From: a virus
Lineage: Duplodnaviria; Caudoviricetes
Direction: 5' to 3' (one strand)
IMG/VR virus record: IMGVR_UViG_3300032038_009890
Span: 64,001 to 128,000 of that record
DNA: 64,000 nucleotides
The translations under genes and the position numbers were made by a program. This document shows positions 45,671 through 58,200 of the stretch, one piece after another (within the stretch, counting starts at the first letter, position 1; the number at the start of each line of letters is the position of its first letter). The notes below the pieces were generated by a model, which was not told the origin of the DNA, made no database searches, and saw only the letters and a program-made list of their open reading frames with translations.

Positions 45671-46273
45671 TCAGACGTTCAGGCCGTACATATAGACAAG
45701 CCTCTCCAGACCACTGCGCTCAACACCATCCGCACCTTTTTCCTTGCCATAACCCTTACCGATAGCGGTAAACTTCCATTCGCCGTTATACCGGTAAAGT
45801 TCACCCATAACCATGGCCGTCTCCGTGGAATAATCCTCGCTAAGATCATAGCGCATAAGCTCCTCATTCGTAGCTTCATTTACAATACGAACGTAGGCAT
45901 TCTGTACCATTCCAAAATTTTGCATACGATTCTCGGCATCATAAATAGACACAGTAAAATCGATCTTTTCGATGTCCGCAGGGACCTTGTCTAACTCAAC
46001 ACTAATAACTTCATCATCTCCACTGCCCTCGCCAGTAAGGTTATCACCGCAGTGCTTTACGGCTCCCGAGTCGTGCTGAAGGTGATGATAATAAACCATG
46101 TCACCTTCAATCCTTGCCTTGCCGTCGGCATTAAGCAGGAAGGCACAAGCGTCCAGATCAAATGCTCCATCATCAAAACGGTTTACGTCCCATCCAAGGC
46201 CAATACGCAGACTCTTAAGACCTGAATTGCCCTTAGTTAAATCAACTTTCTGTCCCTTTACAAGATTAATCAT
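45671..46273 (-). CDS. terD: TerD-family protein
   Basis: [47 protein letters not shown]. Confidence 0.93.
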   Translation of the reverse strand: MINLVKGQKVDLTKGNSGLKSLRIGLGWDVNRFDDGAFDLDACAFLLNADGKARIEGDMVYYHHLQHDSGAVKHCGDNLTGEGSGDDEVISVELDKVPADIEKIDFTVSIYDAENRMQNFGMVQNAYVRIVNEATNEELMRYDLSEDYSTETAMVMGELYRYNGEWKFTAIGKGYGKEKGADGVERSGLERLVYMYGLNV

Positions 46274-48902
46274 TATTCTTTCTCCTTACAAAATATTTTC
46301 TTACAAAGTCAATAGGTACGATCAGCAGAGATAATCCACAGATCACAGCCCACTGCAAACCGCTTAGTGCAACACAACCCACGAAACTCTGCGCAAACTG
46401 TACAAGCGCAAAAGTAGAAGCGAAAATCAGGATTGCAATTACAACAAAGAGCGGGTTTTTACTAATTCCTTTGAACAAATTAAATCCATCAGTACGGATA
46501 TTAAACCCATTCACAACGGCCACAAAGATCAGCAGAGCAAACCTAGCAGATGCATATACTTCTTCTGTTGGGAAAATAGCTCTGATCTGTGGAACAAATG
46601 TCAGCCCAAAGATAGCTAAGAATCCCACGATAGAAACAGCAATCTGAGAGATGGTTTCTTTTGATAATAGCTTACTACCCTTTGGAATAGGTTTCTCTAG
46701 CATATACTCAGCCTTAGCAGGTTCCCCGCCGAAACTCAGGGAATTCAGCGAGTCCATTACTATGTTCACAACCAGAATTTGTGTTGCAGTCAGTGCTTCA
46801 ACAACAAGAATCAGCGGATAAAAGATACTCAATACTACCAAACCAATGTTAATAGGCAACTGGAACTTGAGAAATTTCATCACGTTGTGCATAAAGGTTC
46901 GGCCCAGAAGCACTGCTCTGGTAATAGAAACAAAATTATCATCTGTGATAATAATATCTCCCGCCTCTTTGCAGACATCTGTTCCACTTCCCATACTAAA
47001 ACCTACATCCGCACCTTTTAAAGCTGGCGCATCGTTACTACCGTCGCCTCCCATCCCACAACATATCTTACATTCCTGAGCTAACCTTACAACTCTTAGC
47101 TTAGTGTCAGGCGTAGCCCTAGCAATCACCTTAATATTCTTTAAGTTTTCCTTTACATATTCATCAGCAAGATTCGCAAACGTAGTTGCCGTAAAAGCCA
47201 GATCCTCGCTATTAGGCGTATAGATTCCGCAATCTGTAGCAATCGCAACAGCAGTATCAAGTACATCACCAGTAATCATCATCACCTGTACTCCCGCATC
47301 ATGCATCTGCTTTACGGCGTCAGGAACCTCGGGCCTAATATCATCTCGAATAGCCACAAAGCCAAGATATACTAAGCCGTCATTCATTTCATCTTCAAGA
47401 TCATATTCTGTTACAGCAAATGCAATACATCTCATGGCTTTAGATGTATACTTCTTGATCTCTGCTAATACCTTTTCCTTATCAAATTCTCCGTATTTTT
47501 CAACTTCGAATACTTGCGTACACTTTTCTAGGATCTTCTCAGGAGCGCCTTTATAATAAGTAGCTTTCTGTGTCTGTACAGCACTATACTTCCAAGCACT
47601 GTTAAACTCTTTCTTTTTAATTACCTCAGAACGATTAATAATCCCAATATGTTCTGTCGGAGAAGCCAAACTTAATAACGCTCTATCAGTTGCATTACCG
47701 CCAACAATATTTCCTTCAGAATCAAACGTAGAACTAGAATTCATCACAACGTTATTCATAATAACATTATACAATTTAGTTCCTTCTCTTATCTCGTCTC
47801 CATCATATCCAATCAGATGTACGGGCACTAGCTTGCCACCAGTCAACGTTCCAGTCTTATCCGTGCAGAGTAACTGAATATTCCCCGCTTCAGGAATCTT
47901 ATTTGCGTTCTTTGCCAGAACATTATTCTTAATCATTAAATTAGCATTTTGTGCTGTTAATATCTTGATGATAGCTGGCAATCCTTCTGGCACGGCAGCC
48001 GCTATAATAGTCAGAGCATTCTCAACAATTACGCCTAACCTTAAAAATACTTCCAAAACTCCAAGCGTAAAGAAAGAAGAGCATCCTCCAAACTTTAATA
48101 TCTCAGATGTGAGCAACACAACAAATACTATAATAGCTCCAATATATCCAAATTTAGAGATCTGGTCTGCCAAATCATCTAATTGAATCTGAAGCGATGT
48201 TTTCGTTTCTTCAATCTCATCAATGCTTTTAATTGTCTTTCCGTTTACAGTGCCGGGATAGGTTTCTGTGCCAATGCCGACATTCGTAACGACCATCTTA
48301 CCTTCGCCTTCAGTTACTAAAGTTCCGGCAAAAAGACTATATTCATCAGTATAATCATCGCCAGTAGGTACACGAGTCTGCGCATTATACGGGCATGTAT
48401 CATCTTCCCAGGCGATTTTTTTACAATCCTTAGATTCTCCGTTAAGTACAGAGTTATCAACCTTAAGATGACCATCAATAAGATAACCATCCGCATAAAT
48501 CTGTTCTCCGCTCTGTAACAGTACAATATCACCAACAACAAGGTCGTTTGTGTTAATGTTTTGTATATTTCCATTGCGTAAGACATTACAGAATCTAATT
48601 GATACCTTATCCTTTAACTTTTTTGTTTCTCGCTGATCTTTTAGCCCATTATATGTATTCAATCCAGCGATTATCAAAATCACGCATCCAAGACTCAAAG
48701 GTTCTGGTACTGACCCATGACCAATTATAGCCACGAAGACAAACATAACCATTAACAACAGTAACAGACGATTTATTTTATCCTGAAAAGTCTCCGCAAA
48801 AAACTTGTACCACTTCTTTAGCGGTTTCTCAGGTAACTTATTGGTGCCGTATTTCCTTCTTTGTTCTGCTACATCGGATTCTTTTAAACCCTCGTAATTC
48901 AA
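46266..48902 (-). CDS. P-type ATPase, Ca2+-transporting type
   Basis: [38 protein letters not shown]; multiple TM helices. Confidence 0.93.
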   Translation of the reverse strand: MNYEGLKESDVAEQRRKYGTNKLPEKPLKKWYKFFAETFQDKINRLLLLLMVMFVFVAIIGHGSVPEPLSLGCVILIIAGLNTYNGLKDQRETKKLKDKVSIRFCNVLRNGNIQNINTNDLVVGDIVLLQSGEQIYADGYLIDGHLKVDNSVLNGESKDCKKIAWEDDTCPYNAQTRVPTGDDYTDEYSLFAGTLVTEGEGKMVVTNVGIGTETYPGTVNGKTIKSIDEIEETKTSLQIQLDDLADQISKFGYIGAIIVFVVLLTSEILKFGGCSSFFTLGVLEVFLRLGVIVENALTIIAAAVPEGLPAIIKILTAQNANLMIKNNVLAKNANKIPEAGNIQLLCTDKTGTLTGGKLVPVHLIGYDGDEIREGTKLYNVIMNNVVMNSSSTFDSEGNIVGGNATDRALLSLASPTEHIGIINRSEVIKKKEFNSAWKYSAVQTQKATYYKGAPEKILEKCTQVFEVEKYGEFDKEKVLAEIKKYTSKAMRCIAFAVTEYDLEDEMNDGLVYLGFVAIRDDIRPEVPDAVKQMHDAGVQVMMITGDVLDTAVAIATDCGIYTPNSEDLAFTATTFANLADEYVKENLKNIKVIARATPDTKLRVVRLAQECKICCGMGGDGSNDAPALKGADVGFSMGSGTDVCKEAGDIIITDDNFVSITRAVLLGRTFMHNVMKFLKFQLPINIGLVVLSIFYPLILVVEALTATQILVVNIVMDSLNSLSFGGEPAKAEYMLEKPIPKGSKLLSKETISQIAVSIVGFLAIFGLTFVPQIRAIFPTEEVYASARFALLIFVAVVNGFNIRTDGFNLFKGISKNPLFVVIAILIFASTFALVQFAQSFVGCVALSGLQWAVICGLSLLIVPIDFVRKYFVRRKNND

Positions 48903-48991
48903 CTTCTTATCACTCTCCTTTTAGTTGATTGTATGTCTTCTTTCGTATATCTCACAGGCAAAATCAAGTTCTTACTATAATCTACATTTGA

Positions 48992-51211
48992 TCATTCATA
49001 GTTTTCATAAAACTTATCCCGTAAAGTAATAATATCTAGTCCAAGCAGACTTTCTTTATCTTCCGTCTCGTCATACATCTTGCGAAGGAAACCATAAAAC
49101 TTATTATCAAGCTCATTGATCAACTGCCCAGTGCCCTCGATGTATCCGCGCCGAAGAGTAGTGCTTGCAATACTCCTCATGCGTTTCCAAAAATTATAGT
49201 ATTCGGTCTTAACTTTAAACATCAAATTTCCAGAGTCCTCAACGACAAAGCCTTCTACATATTCTCCAAGAAGTTTATATCCCTGCTTCTGTACCGCGCT
49301 ATACCACTCACAGAATTCTTCCCAATTGGTGATATTACATACCTTGCGTTTATGTGTTAATCCAAACTTAACAGCAAGGTCAACCATATCATTATAAGGT
49401 AATTTGTTAAACACAATATCATTCTTTACAATGTCAAGCAAAATGATATTATGATTCAAATATTTAATGATATGCGGGTCCTTCTCAGAATCTTCCACTT
49501 CAAATACGAAAGTACAATCATTATCTTTCAGATACTGAAGAATATTCTTACGAGCATCTTCTGTAGTTACCTCAAAGAAAATCTCCTTAAACCATCCTGC
49601 ATACTCTCCTCCTACCATAGATTTGGTACAGTAACGGAAATCATCTGCATACTCATCATATGAGAGCATTCCAAGGAATCCATTTTCTTTTACATATACA
49701 GATATTGGATACTTAATTACATCCTTTAATTCAGCAAACGTAGGGCAAATAGTACCATCTAAATAGGACATTTTCAAATATCCACGTGCACATACTTTGA
49801 TTCTATTTAGATCGATGAATAATCCTCTCGCATGGACTGTTAAATTATTCCAAATACCTTTCTTAAATGCATCACTTGAAAAGTTAAATGAGCTAATATT
49901 ATTCTCAAATTTCTTCTCGTGGATATACTTACTCGCTCTCATGTCAAGAACAAGCTTCGCCAAATCACTGGAGTTAAGCGCATTCTGAAGCTCGAACTCT
50001 TCTTTCTTACGGAATACCGTATTCTTAATCTCAATCGGCTTAAAGCCTTCGTGATCAAGCTCAACTACACGCAAACATCCGCCAAATTCAACCCTACCCT
50101 CCAGATTAAATACATGCGGAGTCACATGAATCTCAGATGCCTGTGTATTCCTGTGTCCGAAAATCTGATAAACTCCTCCAGACTTTTCTTCCCATGCGTT
50201 AGCCACGTCCAGATAATCTTCATATCTCCCAACACCCTTAATCATCTGCTCGGATGCGACTAAAGTCACGTTCTCGGGCATAAAAGAAATACCTCCATGA
50301 CAAACGAAGACTTCTTTATCATGGAATTTATACCAAGCACACTGAACAAGCTTATAATACAATCTGCTCAAATCTTTCTTATCAAAGTTGGCACTGTTCA
50401 GCTGATTCTTAGTCACCCATTCAAATTCACGGGACTTTGCAGGAATGTCATGTGCATAATTGTATATTGACACCTCATGGTTACCTGTTAGTAGTAATAC
50501 ATTTTTCTTATCTTTAATTTCAAGAAGATACTTAAGTACCTCAACATTCTCAACACCACGATCAAGATAGTCACCTAAAAAGATATAAAACACGTCATCT
50601 TCTAATTGACCGTGAAGATACTTCTGCAATACCGTATAACATCCATGCACATCTCCAATATGCACAATTTTCCGATAGTTAGACAGATCAATAGGTTTAA
50701 GCCAAATCTGTTCAATGTCTTCCCCTGTGACATTGCACGGGTCTTTAGGTTTAATCACAGTAATACCAGACGGCACTTTCTGCGTCTCAAACCGCGCATA
50801 CATTTTGTCATCTACGTCATCGGGAACCCTTTTAAGTTCCTCCCTCTGCGCATTCCGTGCTTTACATACATCAATCGGAATGCCAGTTAAATCAAGCAAA
50901 TAAATCCTATACCTATATTTAGACGCAAGATTCTTATACTTATTCATCTCTTCTGATTTAGAATTCGTTGCATCAATTACAGTAAACTCCCCTGCTTGCA
51001 TACGAATCTCTAAAAGCTTAAAGAGCATATCCCAGACCACTTTTTCATGACTAAAGCCAATCTGTACGGAGCCATTTGTGGTCTGTTGAGGAGACTGGCA
51101 CAGCATACGTATTTCATCTGCGCACAATCGATAATTTTCTAGTCCAAGCTTCCTGATAATGGTACTTTTCCCCGCTCCAGGAGCGCCTCTAAACAATAAT
51201 AATACTCTCAA
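48992..51211 (-). CDS. Polynucleotide kinase-phosphoesterase-RNA ligase fusion (Pnkp/Rnl1-like)
   Basis: GAPGAGKS kinase; GDVHG/GDYLDRG/GNHE phosphoesterase; KENG, EGFV, FKVKT ligase motifs. Start inferred at TTG overlapping the upstream stop. Confidence 0.88.
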   Translation of the reverse strand: MRVLLLFRGAPGAGKSTIIRKLGLENYRLCADEIRMLCQSPQQTTNGSVQIGFSHEKVVWDMLFKLLEIRMQAGEFTVIDATNSKSEEMNKYKNLASKYRYRIYLLDLTGIPIDVCKARNAQREELKRVPDDVDDKMYARFETQKVPSGITVIKPKDPCNVTGEDIEQIWLKPIDLSNYRKIVHIGDVHGCYTVLQKYLHGQLEDDVFYIFLGDYLDRGVENVEVLKYLLEIKDKKNVLLLTGNHEVSIYNYAHDIPAKSREFEWVTKNQLNSANFDKKDLSRLYYKLVQCAWYKFHDKEVFVCHGGISFMPENVTLVASEQMIKGVGRYEDYLDVANAWEEKSGGVYQIFGHRNTQASEIHVTPHVFNLEGRVEFGGCLRVVELDHEGFKPIEIKNTVFRKKEEFELQNALNSSDLAKLVLDMRASKYIHEKKFENNISSFNFSSDAFKKGIWNNLTVHARGLFIDLNRIKVCARGYLKMSYLDGTICPTFAELKDVIKYPISVYVKENGFLGMLSYDEYADDFRYCTKSMVGGEYAGWFKEIFFEVTTEDARKNILQYLKDNDCTFVFEVEDSEKDPHIIKYLNHNIILLDIVKNDIVFNKLPYNDMVDLAVKFGLTHKRKVCNITNWEEFCEWYSAVQKQGYKLLGEYVEGFVVEDSGNLMFKVKTEYYNFWKRMRSIASTTLRRGYIEGTGQLINELDNKFYGFLRKMYDETEDKESLLGLDIITLRDKFYENYE

Positions 51212-51561
51212 AAAGCACTGCCTTCCCACCCGCATTCAAAGCATTTATAAATATGCTGTGGCGGATTTGTCATTAGTAATTGAAATTCATTACGATATAT
51301 GCGATTTTTACATATAGGACATTCAATCTTTGTATACATCCATTCCACTGGATTATTGATTGTATCATTCCTAAACTGAATATACTTATCCCACTCTATC
51401 ACCATCACCTCCCTTTAGTTCATTTATCAAGATATTAGACAATAAAGAGCATAATTTTCTTTCTGTTTTTGATGAATCAACACGCACAGCCATAGCAAAC
51501 AGGGTTTCATATACTCGCATAGTTGTTTTAAATTCGTCACTACTCATTTGTTTCTCCAACT

Positions 51562-51600
51562 AAAAAAGAGGTTATGGGCACAAAATATGCCCATAACCTT
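51562..51600 (-). terminator. Intrinsic terminator
   Basis: AGGTTATGGGCA-TATTTTG-TGCCCATAACCT followed by CTTTTTT. Confidence 0.85.
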
Positions 51601-52299
51601 CTTCCACTATTAAATTTTTTCTTTTACTACGATATCACCTGTGACCAGATCGATTTTACCTATGGTCATTCGATATGGTTTAGAATCCCCGAATGGACAA
51701 TCGACATTGCGATGTGTTAAGACATCACAAACATAAAAATATTTATATTCGCCTGTAACTTTAATCGGGATAGCCACTTGGCCCCAGATATGTGGGTCAT
51801 GAGTATTTAAAAACAGTGCCCAGTATTCCATCCCGACTTGCAATTGCAGTATCAATGGTAATTATGATTCAGCAGAATTAAACCGACAATACTCAGAACC
51901 ACTAACAGCGCCCCAACATCTCTCATATCTGCCCCTCTCTAGCATTATCCTGCATATCCCCGTGGCCCACAGTAGGGAATATCCAGTTTCCAACCATTTC
52001 TATGATTTGGCGTAGAGGTTTTTCTTACAGTAGCGCCAGTTCTAATCAGATTTGATAGTTTTCGCCTATCATCCCGGAGACTGTCGATGGTTTTGGCAAG
52101 CTCACCAATCTGCATGGACTGAAGATAGATTGTCCTTTCATACTCGTCTCGAACTCTGCTAAGGTATGAGATAAAGAATAAAGTCACCCCCAAGGCAGTT
52201 AAAAGGCCGCTAGTCAAACCCAATAAAAACGCTACCTTTGTGAAATCAGACATTTTGTTCCCTCCATGTGTGTTCCGTTAGTGTTCGCTTGTAAATAAT

Positions 52300-52328
52300 A
52301 TTATATGGATTTAGCCCCTACTTGTCAA
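52300..52328 (-). promoter_or_regulatory. SigmaA consensus promoter
   Basis: TTGACA-17 nt-TATAAT. Confidence 0.85.
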
Positions 52329-52972
52329 GCCCTAAATAATTTCCTTTTTAGTTATTAAATTCCATTTTGACGCGGCATTTATCATACTACCGTCTTTGGT
52401 TTTCATACCGCATCTGTGCAAGACCACCTTATTTATATCTGTCTAAGTTAATTGGAGGCGTGACAACCATTTGCAATCGGGGCCTAGTTTTAATACGATT
52501 CAGTATTATACCTTCTTAAAACTAGTGATCTGGTCAATGATGTCCTGATACGTATTCTTAACAATATATTCTTTGCCATTATTCATAACTACAGAACATC
52601 CAGTGTTAGTTCCAACGATTGCAGAAATATCAACGAACTTCAGTGCAATCTGCTTCTGCGAATTACCAGTCAATTCCAAGAAGATCATATTGTGCTCCTT
52701 TATGCAAAGTTATATGTGCAGGCGATGTTTCTATGATCGAGATCCCATTTATTAATTGTCATTCGATACGGAAGAGATTTACTATACATACTACCCTTTA
52801 CGGTATGTGGCAATACCTCGCATACAAAAAATTGCGGGAATTCTTTGAGAATCCTCACAGGTACAAACTCATTAGATATATGAGATGCGTTTTTAAATCT
52901 TGCCATAATCTCCGACCCAACAAAAATCTCGTCGGAAGACAAGCACTGTAACATATGATTAACCACCTCCAG

Positions 52973-53878
52973 TTACATATTCCTGATCACTCTGAGCATA
53001 TCCACGACGTTATCCATCAGAGGCATCATCTCATCCTTGGAGACCAGACTGCTCTTACCGAAAGTCTGACTCACCATATCAATATAAAACGTACAGGTTC
53101 CATCATCCCCGGCATACAGATGTTCCCATTCTTCTTCGGACACAATGCTCTTCACATCTAACTGCTCCAAGGCAAGATTATCAAAACAAACCACCTTAAA
53201 CCAGTCTTCGTTCATGACATCCATCAGATTATCTTTGAGTATACGCCTGTTGACAGATACTTCGGCGCGATGCTCTTCTAGGTAATCATGCCCGCGCCCC
53301 TTATCTTTATAACCTAAGATGAGAAGTTTCAGGCCATGGCCTTTCATTACATTAATTTCATCCATGGTAACACAACCGCTGATCACATGGATAACAGCAG
53401 TAGGATATTTCTTAACCTTCTCAATAAATTCTTCCGTCGGTTTCCGCAGGGAGATACCAAGGCCAGTAATCAAGTCTCTGTACATAAGATCGGCAATTAC
53501 ATCTTCCTTGCGCTCGAAGTGAATCTGATTTACTGTCATATTGACGATAACATTCTTTTTCTTGAGCCTCTCCAGAAAAGGAATTAGCTGAGCATGGTTA
53601 ACGGAATTGCCATTGATCGCAATCTCCGTATACGGATGTAAGCTATCGATAAACTTCGCGCCCAATAAATCCCCTTCGGGACCATCAGGAGTAGCTCCCT
53701 CATAGCAATATTGACAACCACCGTCACAACGCCTACCAATTGAGATATCAATACTCTCTGGAAATTCAGGCAAATACTCATCATCTTCGGTGCGGCGAAT
53801 CTTGGTTCCACTAGCCTTGTCAATTAAGACGGTGTAATTGCCGTTCTTATATACATGAAACACTGCTATTACCTCCAA
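52973..53878 (-). CDS. Radical SAM protein
   Basis: CDGGCQYC (CxxxCxxC), YKNGNY N-terminus, ANMTVN-like VNMTVNQ, FDNLALEQL. Confidence 0.88.
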   Translation of the reverse strand: MEVIAVFHVYKNGNYTVLIDKASGTKIRRTEDDEYLPEFPESIDISIGRRCDGGCQYCYEGATPDGPEGDLLGAKFIDSLHPYTEIAINGNSVNHAQLIPFLERLKKKNVIVNMTVNQIHFERKEDVIADLMYRDLITGLGISLRKPTEEFIEKVKKYPTAVIHVISGCVTMDEINVMKGHGLKLLILGYKDKGRGHDYLEEHRAEVSVNRRILKDNLMDVMNEDWFKVVCFDNLALEQLDVKSIVSEEEWEHLYAGDDGTCTFYIDMVSQTFGKSSLVSKDEMMPLMDNVVDMLRVIRNM

Positions 53879-54268
53879 TCAATAATCATAATATGATCTG
53901 GTGATACTGTAATTTTTACTCGGTTCATTGATATCAATGCCATCATCATATTTACAACGATCATATTTAAAAAAGCCAAAACATTCAAGATCGTCCAATA
54001 TATTATCTTCTGGGACATCATTTGCATTCTTAATATAAGTATACCTCTTATCGTTCTTTTTTAAGAAACTGAATGCCTCCTCTAAGGTGTATAATCTTCC
54101 AGAACTGATCTTGTTGTTATTTTCATCCGTAGCATAATCGTCGCCACCGAGATACAGGTAATGATCACCTTTCATCCATCTATCGAACTCAGTAACACTT
54201 AGTGTTGCATAGGCATGATTCATAGATGAATTGGTTTCAAATACAAAAGGTCTAACGGTAAACTTCAT
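53879..54268 (-). CDS. ETNSS-motif protein
   Basis: MKFTVRPFVFETNSSMNHA. Confidence 0.8.
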   Translation of the reverse strand: MKFTVRPFVFETNSSMNHAYATLSVTEFDRWMKGDHYLYLGGDDYATDENNNKISSGRLYTLEEAFSFLKKNDKRYTYIKNANDVPEDNILDDLECFGFFKYDRCKYDDGIDINEPSKNYSITRSYYDY

Positions 54269-54283
54269 CTAATTTCTCCTTTC

Positions 54284-54685
54284 TTATCCACTATAGCCAA
54301 ACCTACAAAGGATAGCAATCTCATCACCAGATTCTGAAGTATAAAAGTTTGTTTCAGAACCTTGCATTCCTTCATCAAAGAAATCATCATCAAATTCAAT
54401 TCCAGACCAAACTGCATAGCGAACATAACCATGTTCAAAGAAATACACGTTCTCGCTACTATACTCTGTGATTTTTTCCTCAATCTCTTCTACAGTTACA
54501 TTCCATTTCTTAGCAATCATATTTACCAATTCTTCTCTGGTATACATCTTATAATCCTTACTAGACATATCCAGATAAAGATCGCCCTCTTTCCAAGCAT
54601 TATATATCCTCATAGGAATAATACTAATTGAATGGACGGAGCTAGAATTTGTTTCATGTACGCCAAACCTGATATACTCTTTCAC
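54284..54685 (-). CDS. ETNSS-motif protein
   Basis: MKEYIRFGVHETNSSSVHS. Confidence 0.8.
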   Translation of the reverse strand: MKEYIRFGVHETNSSSVHSISIIPMRIYNAWKEGDLYLDMSSKDYKMYTREELVNMIAKKWNVTVEEIEEKITEYSSENVYFFEHGYVRYAVWSGIEFDDDFFDEGMQGSETNFYTSESGDEIAILCRFGYSG

Positions 54686-55395
54686 TTATATATCTCCTTA
54701 ATGAATTTTCTATCTATGATTCCACACTCAATGTACTTATCAAGATAATAATACTCATCCCCATCTTGAATAATAATATATTTTTTATTTGTCAAAAACT
54801 CTTTTAGTGTTACTTTCTTTTCCTTTAGAAATCTCTGCAAAAGTCCTCTACTTTGATGATCAACACACCCAATGTCTGGAACGTCATTTACAAATGCTTC
54901 ATCCATCACGGCATTTATTTCTTCGCCTTGCTCATTAGTATATGTATACTGGCATATATCATCAGAATAGCCCGCATAATGTAGCTTATCATGTGGTATT
55001 GGATTTCCATTAATGTCACGATAGATTTCAAGCTCTTTCTTTGCTATTCTAAATTCTTTGACTTCTGGTATAATCTCAGAAACGATTCTCAAAAGTCTCT
55101 TATATGTACTTTCAAACCTCGCTTCATCACCATAAAAGTCACCTAAGTATGAGCAGATAGCATAAGATAATTTGTCCTCAAACGTATATAATATTTTAAA
55201 AGGCCACCGTCCAAAGCCTTCTTCTATACTATCATAAATAATAAGTTTTCCGTCTTTATCTACCCAAACACAATCATCTACGTCCCAATCATTTACTACA
55301 ATTGCCATATGTTCATCATTATTTGTAATACATATAGCATGCATAGAAGAGCTATTTGTTTCATGACAATTTCTTCTGATTGTATATTTAGCCAT
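54682..55395 (-). CDS. ETNSS-motif protein
   Basis: MAKYTIRRNCHETNSSSMHA and CVDHQS. Confidence 0.8.
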   Translation of the reverse strand: MAKYTIRRNCHETNSSSMHAICITNNDEHMAIVVNDWDVDDCVWVDKDGKLIIYDSIEEGFGRWPFKILYTFEDKLSYAICSYLGDFYGDEARFESTYKRLLRIVSEIIPEVKEFRIAKKELEIYRDINGNPIPHDKLHYAGYSDDICQYTYTNEQGEEINAVMDEAFVNDVPDIGCVDHQSRGLLQRFLKEKKVTLKEFLTNKKYIIIQDGDEYYYLDKYIECGIIDRKFIKEIYK

Positions 55396-55403
55396 GGTAC
55401 TCC

Positions 55404-56294
55404 TTAATGTGCATATACATCTGCGTTGTGCAGAATCATAACGTCATCATAGAACTCAGTTCCGTATCTCTTAATAAATTTTCTTTCAGCCTTTTCATCA
55501 CCATTCCAGAAATATGGGTCCATATGATGGCACACAAGATTACTTACATATAGCGTATCAGCGTTATACTTTTCGCAAGCAAAGAATAATGTCTCATAGC
55601 CGCCCACATTATGATGATAATAGTAATGCACTCTTAAATCATCATCATAGCTCTTTGTATACGGTTTTCCGCAGTCATGTAATAATGATGCAACTGCTAC
55701 AGATATATCAGTATCCTTTTCACCCACATGTAGATAATGATTGTACACGTGATGAAACGTCATTGACAGATGCCTACCAAGCGAAGCAGTGTGATGCTTA
55801 GACTCCTGATTATATTGATCTAAAAAGAATGTCAGATCTGTGGGGTCTCCATTGGAGGTCATCCACTCGGACCTGTCGTAATGTATCCAAATCTCATCCC
55901 ACCCCTCCCAATAGCCGGGGGTATACCAAGATTCATAAGCCTCTTTGACGTGTTTCATTTCTCCAGAAAAGTTTTTACAGCAAATATTATAAGGTGTTGC
56001 AATGATAATGCAGATTTTATATACATCATTAAAACTGCCGACAACATTGTTAATTAGATACCTACGGCTCTTTTCTTTTACATTTGAAGCATCGACAACA
56101 CAATCACTGCCGCATGATATTATTGCCTTTATCTTATCATAATATTTATTGTATACTACTGTTTCGTCGGTGATTCCCTGATCATTTAATTTTTTCCTTA
56201 TATCACCAATTGATACAACCTCAGCCCCAATAGTACCTGCATAGGCACTTTTCCCAGAACCCGGAAGACCCACCATAGCATATAATTTAGGCAT
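55404..56294 (-). CDS. P-loop kinase (AAA_33) fused to HD phosphohydrolase
   Basis: MVGLPGSGKS, VVDASN; HH...H...LLHDCGK...HH...HM...AD. Confidence 0.85.
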   Translation of the reverse strand: MPKLYAMVGLPGSGKSAYAGTIGAEVVSIGDIRKKLNDQGITDETVVYNKYYDKIKAIISCGSDCVVDASNVKEKSRRYLINNVVGSFNDVYKICIIIATPYNICCKNFSGEMKHVKEAYESWYTPGYWEGWDEIWIHYDRSEWMTSNGDPTDLTFFLDQYNQESKHHTASLGRHLSMTFHHVYNHYLHVGEKDTDISVAVASLLHDCGKPYTKSYDDDLRVHYYYHHNVGGYETLFFACEKYNADTLYVSNLVCHHMDPYFWNGDEKAERKFIKRYGTEFYDDVMILHNADVYAH

Positions 56295-56560
56295 TAGTTA
56301 TCCCTCCTTTCTTTTATAAGAATTATTATTGCAGAACATACTATAACTACAATCGCAGATATTACAAACATCTCAAGTGTTTCGATTAACAAGGTGATTA
56401 TCCTTATAAACATACCTTCTTTTTATTTGGAATGTAATACTTAGAATAATAGCCGCACCTACAGAAGTCTTTGCGGACAACTCCATAAACAGATGTTATA
56501 TATTTCTTTTTCAGTATTACACCACAATTGGGGCAGTTAACATACATAGGTGATTTCCTC

Positions 56561-56833
56561 CTATTCTAGTCCAAGATCACTGGCAAACATAAGAGTGCCG
56601 TCTGCCTTGTAACAAGGTGTGATACCAAACCGCTCGGATGTATCATATAATATGTAGACAACTTTTGTTTTGCTGTCAACGGCATACATAAAACCTGCTG
56701 TAGTATTTTCACTATATATTTTAATTTTAGGTCTAATTGCGATTCCTACATATTCTTTGCCGAGGCTGCTATAATCACATCCAACTAAACAGCACAACAT
56801 TAATGCTAACACCAGAAACAAAAATCTTTTCAT
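56561..56833 (-). CDS. Lipoprotein, paralog of 56846..57145
   Basis: LVGC lipobox; TKVVYILY...KADGT...ASDLGLE. Confidence 0.75.
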   Translation of the reverse strand: MKRFLFLVLALMLCCLVGCDYSSLGKEYVGIAIRPKIKIYSENTTAGFMYAVDSKTKVVYILYDTSERFGITPCYKADGTLMFASDLGLE

Positions 56834-56845
56834 CTCCGCCCTCCC

Positions 56846-57145
56846 TTATTCTAGGCCAAGATCGCTTGCAAGCATCGGGGTTCCGTCTGCTTTTAAACAA
56901 GGGCATAGTGAACCAACTCTATTTGCGTTGTACAAGATATATACTACTTTTGTTTCTGTATCTATAACGTAGCAAAAACTTGTATACTCAACCACATGAT
57001 TTGCGTAGATAGCTAGATTCGGCATAGGTATCTTTTTATTGTTATATAAATAATATCCTCTCTCTTCGGGGTTAGAACATCCTGCTAAGTAACACAGCAT
57101 CAAGGCTAATGTTAGAAATAAAAACTTTCTCATCTTTATATTCAT
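56846..57145 (-). CDS. Lipoprotein, tandem paralog
   Basis: LAGC lipobox; same C-terminus. Confidence 0.75.
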   Translation of the reverse strand: MNIKMRKFLFLTLALMLCYLAGCSNPEERGYYLYNNKKIPMPNLAIYANHVVEYTSFCYVIDTETKVVYILYNANRVGSLCPCLKADGTPMLASDLGLE

Positions 57146-58200
57146 CTTTAGTATGTCTCTATCAACTCAATTTCCATTCGTGCGCCATCATCTAATCGCA
57201 AGTCATATGCTTTTCCGTAGCTATCTGCATTATACTCATCATCTCCATACCACTTAGAATAAGATAAGCACATCTGATAGCACTTATAATCTTGGCACCA
57301 GAAGATAATTCCATCGTATCCAAAGGCGCGAATTTTATCTCCAACATGAAGCTGATTACCATTTTTATCATGGATAGGCAATGCTAAACCCAATTTGTTT
57401 TGCTTGTATCCAGAAAATTTCTGACGATGAATCTTATCCATGTTTCGTTCTCCATCTAGCACGAATCTGCTCCGCTTTACTCCGAAGATCTCGGGTATGT
57501 TTGGTTGAAATGTATTTGGTTATTTTTGCGTCTATGTCAATTCGCATAAGATCTGTTGTACGGAACTCTGGATAAAGTATCAAGTACTCGTTCCAGTTAC
57601 CTACATCCAGAGGTAGCACTTCTCTTTGTGTTATAACATAGCTCCGCTCGTCTGGCATTCTAGGTTCTGATGCTTTCCAAAAAGGATACGGCGTAGGTTC
57701 ATAGCCAAAGTCTCTCTTTTTTCTGCGCTGATTTTTATTATAGCAGTCTTCACAAATCGGCATGAACCAATCTCCTAGTTCGAGCATAGGAGTATCAGGC
57801 TTGCCGCATCGTAGACAAATATTTTCGGACAACGCTGAGTAGTCATCGATGATTGCGTCAACTTCACAGTCTTTTGGAACAGGGCCGTAATAACATCTCA
57901 AAGACTCATATTTCTCTTTGATCTGAGTAATTCTGAATTCCTTTAGATAATTGTACTTCAGCAGTTCTGTTCGTAGCTCTTCGCAAAGCTGTAGGCCAAA
58001 TGCTTTCCACCAACCATCCTCGAAAATCTTGGCAAGTGTCCAGTCATATGCTTTGTGTCTCCAGATGATTTTATCAGTAAAAATATTTCTTGGGATTAAA
58101 TATGGATAATGTTTACACAAATTTTTATTTTTTTTCTCGTTTTTTTTATTTGTATAATAATTTAATTTCTGTCTCCATTTTTTCTTTTTAATTCTATGTT

